From: Patescibacteria group bacterium
GTDB taxonomy: Bacteria > Patescibacteriota > CPR2 > UBA1875
Reading direction: 5' to 3'
Length of the DNA stretch: 61,328 nucleotides
Assembly: GCA_041737595.1 (NCBI GenBank)
Contig: JBGSRK010000013.1
Location: forward strand, 1 to 61,328
Position 1 is the first letter of the stretch; every line of letters begins with the position of its first letter. The notes beneath the pieces were generated by a model. That model was given only the letters and a program-made list of their open reading frames with translations, made no database searches and was not told the origin of the DNA. The position numbers were made by a program, and so were the translations under genes. Shown here one piece after another: positions 53,210 to 61,328 of the stretch.

Positions 53210-53872
53210 ATGCGTAACAAAATTATTGCTATTGTGATGCTTGCATCAACTCTAGCAAGTCCGGTTACAGCAGTAGCTGAACCGACTATCGAGAACGGAA
53301 CTGATGCTACGAAAGTCATCACTAACGTTCACAAGGCGATAGAAATCGAGAAAACTCTTACAAAAGAGCAGATCGCCCAAAAACAAATAGAAGAGAACCT
53401 TAAGAAAATAGAAGAAGAAAAAAGATTAATTGCTGAAGAAGCTGCACGTGTTGCTGAAGCTGCTAGAATCGCAGCTACGCGTAAAGTAACTATTGTTACC
53501 CCTAAAGGTGACTTTACTGCTCTTTACGCTGCTGCTGGTAGCCGTTTCGGTGTTTCACCCGCTATTTTAGCCGCTGTCCATTATGTGGAGACCGGTCAAC
53601 GTGGTGATACCACAGTTGCTTCTTATGCAGGTGCTCAAGGTCCTATGCAGTTTATGCCTGCGACCTTTAGAGCTTATGCCGTTGATGGTGATGGTGATGG
53701 TGTTGCAAGAATTAATGACGTCCATGACGCTGTTTTTACTGCCGCTCGTTACCTTGCTGCAAACGGTGCTGCATCTGGTAATGTTACCGGTGCACTATAT
53801 CGTTACAACCACTCAAACGCTTACGTAAACAAAGTTTTAGGTATAGCTCGAGGGTTTGGTTATAACGGGTAA
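53210..53872 (+). CDS. Secreted lytic transglycosylase (SLT/MltB-like domain)
   Basis: Signal peptide (IIAIVMLASTLASPVTAVA), a coiled-coil linker, then GAQGPMQFMPATFRAYAVDGDGDG....D..DAVFTAARYLAANG. Confidence 0.75.
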   Translation: MRNKIIAIVMLASTLASPVTAVAEPTIENGTDATKVITNVHKAIEIEKTLTKEQIAQKQIEENLKKIEEEKRLIAEEAARVAEAARIAATRKVTIVTPKGDFTALYAAAGSRFGVSPAILAAVHYVETGQRGDTTVASYAGAQGPMQFMPATFRAYAVDGDGDGVARINDVHDAVFTAARYLAANGAASGNVTGALYRYNHSNAYVNKVLGIARGFGYNG

Positions 53873-53897
53873 TCTAAAATAAAAAACAAACAATTCA

Positions 53898-53922
53898 AAA
53901 GCCGCCCTCCGAGGCGGTTTTT
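53898..53922 (+). terminator. Intrinsic terminator
   Basis: GCCGCC-ctccga-GGCGG followed by TTTTT. Confidence 0.75.
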
Positions 53923-54041
53923 GAATATCTTAAACATTATATTTTTATCTATATTTATTGTAACCGTTTTTTGCGATCGGACATTTTGGTTACAAAATTA
54001 CCAATATAATTAATATATCTATAATTAAGACAGATTAAAAA

Positions 54042-57000
54042 TTATTGGGTTTTTTTGCCTAAATTACTAAAGAATGAACCAACATTACGTGTCCAACTAA
54101 ATGTTTCTTCTAGACTTTTTAATATTAATTGAAGAATAGATTTTTCCTTGGAAGGTGTAACAAAAGTATAATCACTAGATTTTGTTTGATTTAATCTCTT
54201 ATCCTTTGAAACAATTCTAAAATGGTAGGTAGAAGCAGGGTTTAGGTCTTTAATAATAACTGTATGGGAGTTATTAAGCGATTCGTCTTCAATAGAAGCT
54301 TTGCCATATTTACCGCCGATTACACCCTCGTCATATTCAATTTTTGTTGTGGCTGGCTTATTTGTTGACCAAGAAATTATAGCTTGTGCATATTCATCAG
54401 ACTCACCTAGTGGGAGAATATCTATCTTAACTTTATCTATTTCTGGGCCTGTTTTATCTATTGGAGTCTCAAAAGAAAGATTTGACGACTTTGAAGAATT
54501 ACCTATCTTATCTTTTACTTCAACATAATATGCATATGTTGTGCCGTCTGTTAGATTTTTTAACTCTATTTGATGTATTTTAGAATATTGAGCAACCCCC
54601 GCCTTTTGATCAAATTTACCCTTTTCACCATAAGATACCGACGATTCGGTTTCAACATTTGTGGTAAATGTAACTACAGCCAGATATGGATCTTCTAAAT
54701 TAATTTTAAGATTTTGGATTTCAGGTTTAAGAACGGCAGTGAATTTATATTCTTTTGATGTATATTCTACATCATTAATATCAAGACCTCGAACTTTATA
54801 AAAATAAGTCGTCCCAGGAGTTAAATTTTTAAGCTCAACAACATGAACTGTATTATATTCATTACTACCTGCAGACTGCCCATATTCTTCAGATTTAGTT
54901 CCGAAATCGACCCAAGTAGTTGTTGCAATCAAAGTGTTCCAAACAATTTTTGCACTAGTTGCGGTAATATTTTCTTCTGCAATATTTGAGGCATCTGGCT
55001 GAATTACAAATTGAGAAGAATCAAATGGCTTTGTACTAAATGTCGCAAATTGGGTATTAGCAATATATTTATCTTCAGTCACAGAACGTATTTTATATGT
55101 ATAAGTAGTCGCCGGTTTAAGAGATTTTATTACAACCTCATGTGATCTGAGTAAAGCTGGATCGCCTGCTGTTTGTGAATCTTCGGACGACGATTCTCTT
55201 TTATATTCAACCGATGAATCAGCATTAATATTTGTTGTCCATTTAACTTTAGCAGTTGTTGTAGTTGGTTCTACTGTTATTCCTGAAATTGAGAAATCTT
55301 GGGTTTTAAATTCTTTCCAAGTGTTAGCTGCAGTTGTATCAATATTCCCTAGAGAATTTCTAGAAACAATTCTATATTCATAAGTTTTGCCCTTTTCTAA
55401 TCCAAGTAAATTTATTGTATGTGATGTAACTGGGGTAGTTCTATCTTTACCAGCGGCAATTACTATATTTGTATCTTTAATTCTATATTCAACAAGTGAA
55501 TCTGCCTGTTGATCTGTGGACCAGGTTATTGTAGCAGAAGAAACACCTACCCCAGTGTAATTAATATTAGAAACAATCGGTATAGCTGACCCAGGGTTAA
55601 TCGAAACCGGTGATTGATAAGTACTTCTATTGGAAATATTATTAATAACTGTTTCATCTGCATATTTATAATCTGTACCAGCATCATCAACGGAGATAAC
55701 ATAATATGAGTATTCTTTATCCTTTTCAGCAATAGAAATACCGTCAACATGATAGTTATCACCAATATCTGTTTTTTCTGTAATTTTCGTGGCACTTGCA
55801 ATACCTAAGGTTGATTCAAAGCGCCAAACTTCATATTTTGAAAAATCACTTTGACTGTTTCTTTGAGGATCTGATATCATCTGCCAAGTAACAATATTTC
55901 GGACCATTGAGTCGTTAGCATGGATATTTTTAACAGTTACCTCTTGAGGTTGATCTGGCGCGGTTATATCTGGGACAGTATCCCAACCGCTATTATGAGT
56001 TCCGAGGCCAATAGACGAAAGACCAGACTTAACTATCTGCTCATTTTCAGGTGTACCTGGGTCATTTTCAATCGAAACATTTAAACCATATGCAATAATT
56101 TTATAATAATAAGTTGTTGCATCGTCTTCAACTGTATCAGTATAACTTCTTTCAATATCCTGGATCTCTCCCGCAATAGAAAGATTATTTATTTCATGTA
56201 TTGGGGTAAGAGCTTCCCACTCGCCATCATTTTCATAGTTAATTGTAGAACGATATATTTTATAATCAGTGATCGAATTTTCAATTACTTTTATTTTTGA
56301 TCCTAAAAATGTTATGTTAATTTTATTACCAACGTTTGAGTCAGTATTTGGGTCCCCTTTTACAGCTTGAACAGTTACGTTTGAAGGGGAGGTTGGAACC
56401 TGAGAATTTTTTGTTCTAACGCTCTTATAAGTACTTAAAACACTAGTTAAATCTGCATTATCAGTTGATGAAACTCGATAATAAAAATATGTATCTTCGG
56501 TTAGACCATTATCAGAATAACTCACTCCAGTACCAGTATAGATTAATTGTTCTCCGGCTCCTTGATCTGACGTCGCACGATAAAGCTTATAATTTTTTAT
56601 TCCCGAACCGTTTCCCGTTGGTATTCTATCTATTGTTCTTGTATCTGTTGAAGCAGACCAGGTTATATTTGTTCCTTGAGTTTCGCCTGTATTATCTACC
56701 CCAATTGCAGAAGCAGAGAGGCCAGTTGGAGTTGATGGAGGTGTTTTATCTGTAGTTTTGGCTGTCCCTGAGTTATATGCCATATTAAGCGGATACCCAG
56801 GTTCTGAAGCAATAACATCAGTCTCATTTAGATTATCATCTACAGCTGTTACACGATAAAAATAATCAACATAATCATTAAGTCTAGTTGTTGCTTGAGA
56901 TTTTATTGAACCGATTGTTACATCAGTGAATGTAGCGTCATTATTTGTATCATTATCATAATAGGTAGTAATTGGATTTTCTGGTGCAACAACTTGGTTT

Positions 57001-60000
57001 TTTGGTGGGTTAATGTCTATATAACCAACTATTACATAATCACTTGCTTCAGATGAGTAGGTCCCTGTTTTACGATAGATTTTATAGCCTGTTACCCCAG
57101 AACCAGCATCTGTTGTGGCATTCCAAGTAAGTTTTATTTCGTAACCCTTATTTGCAATATTTGAACATTTTTGTGATGTACCATCACATGCAACTGCCGT
57201 AACACCACCAAAAGCAACAGGATCAACCCCATCTACAGTTAATCCCCTTGTAACTGAAACTGGCCAGACTCCCCAATCTGCTGGATGGGCCAAGTCTTTT
57301 GCACGAATTCGATAATAATATGAAACAGATTGTTCAATCGCGCTACCAGTCGTGAGCGTACAACCAGCCGTAGACACACCAGTTATGGTTTCAGTGAGTG
57401 AAGTGTTTATGGCACAATCGACTAACGCATATGTTTGAGAGTTGCTCCAAGTACCTGTTGGGGTTAAGACATCTTGTTCATATATAGTTTTTTTAACTCT
57501 TTCTATTTGATGGTTAGAAATGGCAGATCCGGCAGCATTGTAACTCCAAGAAAGATTAATATTATTTGTATCATTTTGAGATACTGAGAATGTTTGAGGA
57601 GTAGTCGGAACAGCTGTATCAAGGATTATTGTGTCTAAAATAGTATTAAAATTTGGGTTTACTGTTCTAACACAAATTATTTTTTTAGACATTGTTTTTG
57701 TTCCAGATCCGCTTCCACTTGGATATGGATAAGGTATATATCTTGCTGAACTTTCACTTGATTCTGTAGCAATCCAAATATCTTCTGTAAAATCTAAATC
57801 GAAGGTCACATTATGATTCAAAATATAACTTAACTCACTATAATATGGTAGTCTACCGCCAACAAGTTGACATGCATTTTGAGCTGGATATGCAGAAAAA
57901 TCGACACTTGAACTTTCAACTAATGAGTAATTAGTTGGGTATTTTGCATCTAAACCAACCTCACACTGAGGACTCGTGCAAGAAGTTACTGTCGATTTCC
58001 ATTGATAATTTGTTGGAAGATATTGATGATAGACTTGTTTATCATCTAGAACTGTACCAGAGGGCCCATCAATATAATCATCTGCAAATAAATCTGGTTC
58101 TCCCGCTACATTCCCAGCCTCATCTTTTACTCGTATATAAATTTCTTTAGCACCATCAGAACCTTCTAAATACCAAGCATCTGTAATAGTTTGAACATTG
58201 ATTTCATGAGGATTAATTGTTTCATAATACGTCCAATCGGTTGATTTGTTATTTGTGGTTCCACTGCCAGAATAAGTCCCCCAATTTGTCCCATCTTGTG
58301 AAAATTGAACTTTTAAATCTTTATTATTACCATTGTCATAATAAACACCTTTTGTTGTAACTAAACGATTTGCTTCGGTTATATATTCTGTACTTCCACC
58401 TGAAGATTCAACATAAAATCCAGAAAGGGTCGGAGTACTTAAATCTAAAATAATAGAGTCAGAGACATTCACCGAATCAAACTGAATATCATAAAAAGTT
58501 GGTGTATTATTACCATCACCTGTTAGAGTGGCTTTGTATTGAAGGTATTGATGATTATCAAGCTCACTTGGAGCGTCTTCGCCAGAGGTAAGAGTATAGT
58601 AGCCTGTCCAGGTACCGTCTGGTATAGCGGTATTGCCAGCTCTGGCCTTGATAGAAATGGCAGTATTTGCAGGAGTAGTGTCGACATTGAAAATGACTAC
58701 ACCAAAATCAGTTACCTCTTGGCCAGAATCAAAGACTTCTGAATTAAGTAATCCTAAATAATTAAGGGTGTTTGTGGGGATATCCCTAACACAACGAACA
58801 TAATAATTGGTAGTTTTGTCGCTTAATCCTAAGCCTCCATTAGAAAAAGTAACAAAAATGGCCTGGCTGTCACTAGTTTGAGTAGCACTCCAAAAAAAGC
58901 CTGTACCAAAATTATTTCCATAAGAAGCACTATCCACATAAAGATCATGCAACTCATTGTAATATGGGAGTCTTCCACCCAACACACTACATGCATTCCG
59001 AGCAGGATAATCAGAATAATCCACAGCATTAGAGGCATTTAGGGCCATCTTTGCCGTAAAAGCAGGATCAATGCCTAGAGAACACTGTGGCTCACTACAG
59101 TTTGTACTATACAACCCCCAACCATACCTCTCTGAGAGATTTTGAGAGTACACCTGCTTGCCCTCTAGATAAGACTCGGCCAAACCATCGTAAATCCATC
59201 CTGAATTATTTACTGGTGATAAAGTAACATTGCCGTTTTCGGCGCTTAGACCTTGCAAAGTATCCCCCGCAAAGTCATCATCACTGGTCTGTAACCATGT
59301 TCCGCTCACATTCCCAGCATTATCCCGATATTGAGCATAAACTGTTTTTTCACCTTCTCCAGAAGTTAGGTTCCAGGATTTTGAGGCAGCATATGCCTCC
59401 CACTCCTCTGTATCGAAAACCCCATCATTACTAAACCTCATCTGCCCAAGATTAGACCCACCTATATCAACCGCTGAAGATGTATCAAGGGTTACATTTT
59501 GAGAATTAGCATAGGCACCACCGTTAATAACTACATTACCAGTCGGAACAGACTGGTCAATAGTGATATCTGCTGACGTTTCTTCATTAGCACCATAAGC
59601 TGTCCAGCCAGAAACCCTGCCCTGATCATCTATGGCTCTTACTTGGAGGTGATATTCTGAGCCATTCGTAAGGCTTGTGATATCAACATAATTATTTCCA
59701 GCCTCAGCGGTGTATATATTATCAGAAGAATCGAAGGCGGTACCAATTTCTTCAATCTCTACTTCTGGGCGAATATTTTCAGGTGTGACACAACCCGTAC
59801 AAGTTAGATTATTAGCCGTAACTCTTAGAGTTGATTCGTTAGACCAAGCATCTGGCACTCCGCCGCTGACAGTAGTTCCAGACGAGTTTTTTAGACTTGT
59901 GGCGTCTGTTTTTGTAAGCACGATATTGGCGTTTGTAGGAGCCTCGAGGGTGTCATAGGTAATAGTGAAATCATTAAGAATTGGGGTACTAATTCCGTCA

Positions 60001-61328
60001 ATTGATTCTAATGTGAGTTCTACTTCCAGCCATTGTGACGGGGCTGAAGTGATTATACTGCCCGAGACTTCATAATAACCTGACCATTCAGCTGTAGTAA
60101 GTTCTAATTCTGTATTAGCACCTCGAGTTCGAAATTTTATATTAGTATTTACTGGTTCTGTGCCATTCCATGATATGGTCGACCAAGAAACAATAGAACC
60201 ACCATTAATTTTTAATCCACCTAAAACACCCTGGGTATAGTAATTATCTTGGCTTTTTATACCTATAAAATTAGATATACTTGATGTGTAACCTACTTTA
60301 AAAATATTTCCAGAATTATCTAACCCCATCATACAATCTCTTGAAGCTGATATATATTCTATACCTGTCCAATTTTGTGCAGGAGTATAATCCCACGCAT
60401 ATTGGGAAAGAGAAGGAGACACTAATAATTCTCCATTTTGAGTTAACGCAAATGTGTTATATCTTCCAACCGTGATTTGTTTTACGCCACTCCAACTTCC
60501 AACATCAATTCCCCCATAATATGGATTGCTTGGGTATTCTGCAACAACAGTACCATCATTTTTAAGACCAATTACGTGGCTATCACCAGCTTTGATAGAA
60601 ATAATATCGCTCCACAGGGTTGTAATTGAAAGATCTGAGCCATTATAATGAAGTTTACCTAACACATTGCCTGATTCATTTAAACCAACTGTTTTATCAC
60701 CCCCAGTTGATATAATTTTAACATTTGTCCACTGTGACAAATTTGATGCTGCAATACTATCCCCTCCTACATAAACGACAGTGCCTGTTTCGGTTATTGC
60801 AACTGTATGATCTAAATATGCAGAAACTGATTTAAGGTTAGGCCATGAACCAAAATTCAATTGACCATATAAATTACTACCACTACCAACTATTGTTCCA
60901 TCTGATTTTAACCCCACAATATGATTTCTACCTGCACTTACTTCAATTAGATTATTCCAAGTAGTTGATAAACAACTTACTCCAGCACCACTACAAACAG
61001 CCGTACCATCAGATTTAATAGCAACTGCGACATTATCAGACCCAATAAATGTATTATGATTACTTTCAGAATCAATAATTACTCTATCACTTAAATCTGT
61101 CACTACATTATTAGATATTGTAGGAGAACCAGTACTAGTTTCGTTATTGCTAAAATCACCTTTTGTTGTCCAAGTAACTGAGTTAGCAGCCGATTTAACC
61201 TCACGCGGTTTCCAGAGATTCAAATATGGGAATAATTGTTGAGCTCCTTGAAAAATTACAAATGAAAGTATAAAAGAAACAAAAACGGTTTTATGAATAG
61301 GAGAAGTATATTTTTTATCTGAATATTT
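54042..61328 (-). CDS. Giant surface protein (over 2,428 aa; the 5' end lies just beyond the right edge): anchor, RCC1-like propeller repeats, two Cys-framed lectin-like (DUF1566-like) modules, many FN3/Ig-like repeats
   Basis: The track ORF 54042-61223 is open upstream to 61328 in my reading (..KYSDKKYTSPIHKTVFVSFILSFVIFQGAQQLFPY-LNLWKP..). Repeats of the type H.VGLK.DGT.V..G.N..GQ near the N-terminus. Modules YPARNACSVLGGRLPYYNEL...FFWSAT...YYVRCVRD and YPAQNACQLVGGRLPYYSEL...ICVRT. About six C-terminal repeats of the type A.I.W.T....DS.VEY......Y.Y.V.S. Confidence 0.85.
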   Translation of the reverse strand, partial: KYSDKKYTSPIHKTVFVSFILSFVIFQGAQQLFPYLNLWKPREVKSAANSVTWTTKGDFSNNETSTGSPTISNNVVTDLSDRVIIDSESNHNTFIGSDNVAVAIKSDGTAVCSGAGVSCLSTTWNNLIEVSAGRNHIVGLKSDGTIVGSGSNLYGQLNFGSWPNLKSVSAYLDHTVAITETGTVVYVGGDSIAASNLSQWTNVKIISTGGDKTVGLNESGNVLGKLHYNGSDLSITTLWSDIISIKAGDSHVIGLKNDGTVVAEYPSNPYYGGIDVGSWSGVKQITVGRYNTFALTQNGELLVSPSLSQYAWDYTPAQNWTGIEYISASRDCMMGLDNSGNIFKVGYTSSISNFIGIKSQDNYYTQGVLGGLKINGGSIVSWSTISWNGTEPVNTNIKFRTRGANTELELTTAEWSGYYEVSGSIITSAPSQWLEVELTLESIDGISTPILNDFTITYDTLEAPTNANIVLTKTDATSLKNSSGTTVSGGVPDAWSNESTLRVTANNLTCTGCVTPENIRPEVEIEEIGTAFDSSDNIYTAEAGNNYVDITSLTNGSEYHLQVRAIDDQGRVSGWTAYGANEETSADITIDQSVPTGNVVINGGAYANSQNVTLDTSSAVDIGGSNLGQMRFSNDGVFDTEEWEAYAASKSWNLTSGEGEKTVYAQYRDNAGNVSGTWLQTSDDDFAGDTLQGLSAENGNVTLSPVNNSGWIYDGLAESYLEGKQVYSQNLSERYGWGLYSTNCSEPQCSLGIDPAFTAKMALNASNAVDYSDYPARNACSVLGGRLPYYNELHDLYVDSASYGNNFGTGFFWSATQTSDSQAIFVTFSNGGLGLSDKTTNYYVRCVRDIPTNTLNYLGLLNSEVFDSGQEVTDFGVVIFNVDTTPANTAISIKARAGNTAIPDGTWTGYYTLTSGEDAPSELDNHQYLQYKATLTGDGNNTPTFYDIQFDSVNVSDSIILDLSTPTLSGFYVESSGGSTEYITEANRLVTTKGVYYDNGNNKDLKVQFSQDGTNWGTYSGSGTTNNKSTDWTYYETINPHEINVQTITDAWYLEGSDGAKEIYIRVKDEAGNVAGEPDLFADDYIDGPSGTVLDDKQVYHQYLPTNYQWKSTVTSCTSPQCEVGLDAKYPTNYSLVESSSVDFSAYPAQNACQLVGGRLPYYSELSYILNHNVTFDLDFTEDIWIATESSESSARYIPYPYPSGSGSGTKTMSKKIICVRTVNPNFNTILDTIILDTAVPTTPQTFSVSQNDTNNINLSWSYNAAGSAISNHQIERVKKTIYEQDVLTPTGTWSNSQTYALVDCAINTSLTETITGVSTAGCTLTTGSAIEQSVSYYYRIRAKDLAHPADWGVWPVSVTRGLTVDGVDPVAFGGVTAVACDGTSQKCSNIANKGYEIKLTWNATTDAGSGVTGYKIYRKTGTYSSEASDYVIVGYIDINPPKNQVVAPENPITTYYDNDTNNDATFTDVTIGSIKSQATTRLNDYVDYFYRVTAVDDNLNETDVIASEPGYPLNMAYNSGTAKTTDKTPPSTPTGLSASAIGVDNTGETQGTNITWSASTDTRTIDRIPTGNGSGIKNYKLYRATSDQGAGEQLIYTGTGVSYSDNGLTEDTYFYYRVSSTDNADLTSVLSTYKSVRTKNSQVPTSPSNVTVQAVKGDPNTDSNVGNKINITFLGSKIKVIENSITDYKIYRSTINYENDGEWEALTPIHEINNLSIAGEIQDIERSYTDTVEDDATTYYYKIIAYGLNVSIENDPGTPENEQIVKSGLSSIGLGTHNSGWDTVPDITAPDQPQEVTVKNIHANDSMVRNIVTWQMISDPQRNSQSDFSKYEVWRFESTLGIASATKITEKTDIGDNYHVDGISIAEKDKEYSYYVISVDDAGTDYKYADETVINNISNRSTYQSPVSINPGSAIPIVSNINYTGVGVSSATITWSTDQQADSLVEYRIKDTNIVIAAGKDRTTPVTSHTINLLGLEKGKTYEYRIVSRNSLGNIDTTAANTWKEFKTQDFSISGITVEPTTTTAKVKWTTNINADSSVEYKRESSSEDSQTAGDPALLRSHEVVIKSLKPATTYTYKIRSVTEDKYIANTQFATFSTKPFDSSQFVIQPDASNIAEENITATSAKIVWNTLIATTTWVDFGTKSEEYGQSAGSNEYNTVHVVELKNLTPGTTYFYKVRGLDINDVEYTSKEYKFTAVLKPEIQNLKINLEDPYLAVVTFTTNVETESSVSYGEKGKFDQKAGVAQYSKIHQIELKNLTDGTTYAYYVEVKDKIGNSSKSSNLSFETPIDKTGPEIDKVKIDILPLGESDEYAQAIISWSTNKPATTKIEYDEGVIGGKYGKASIEDESLNNSHTVIIKDLNPASTYHFRIVSKDKRLNQTKSSDYTFVTPSKEKSILQLILKSLEETFSWTRNVGSFFSNLGKKTQ

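Noticed and set aside
54042-61328. Diversity-generating retroelement target in the lectin-like modules
   Set aside because: There is no reverse transcriptase, no template repeat and no adenine-specific mismatch pattern between near-identical repeats in this window. The three modules are ordinary diverged paralogs.

Overview
AT-rich, gene-dense bacterial chromosome segment. The housekeeping content is rplJ-rplL, dut-mrdA-mreDCB, proS-rseP-uppS-frr-tsf-rpsB, rpmE-prfA, parAB, rodA, ileS, nrdR-nrdD-nrdG, ftsA-ftsZ, map-adk, ybeY and rpsU. That content, K/E-rich tails on ribosomal proteins, and abundant GTCAT...GAATC palindromic intergenic repeats suggest a small-genome CPR/Patescibacteria-like organism (inference only). 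The main signal is a set of sharply GC-rich units embedded in this background, each placed behind an AT-rich host-type TTGACx-N17-TAxxAT promoter. (1) Two highly structured non-coding RNAs of about 0.7-0.8 kb: 3687-4366 on the minus strand, carrying an embedded 76-nt tRNA-like cloverleaf, and 37521-38327 on the plus strand. (2) A thyX-like/tmk/long-form dcd module (4594-7920) that, with the adjacent AT-rich dut, completes a dCTP-to-dTDP route. (3) Two single orphan genes (30361-30972 and 52559-52975). (4) An array of seven orphan ORFs in five modules between ftsA and map (45676-49305), my top candidate for an undescribed system. Its modules are separated by a conserved structured repeat with wobble and compensatory substitutions that fit the mRNA sense. 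Its 3' hairpins are GNRA-capped and lack U-tracts. Other notable points: class III RNR is split, with the glycyl-radical domain on its own 52-aa ORF after a REP insertion; nrdG carries an in-frame palindromic insertion; glmS is broken by a frameshift in an A8 run; paralogous giant surface proteins sit at both window edges. No transposase, integrase, CRISPR array or rRNA was seen. All family assignments come from motifs read by eye; no searches were run.
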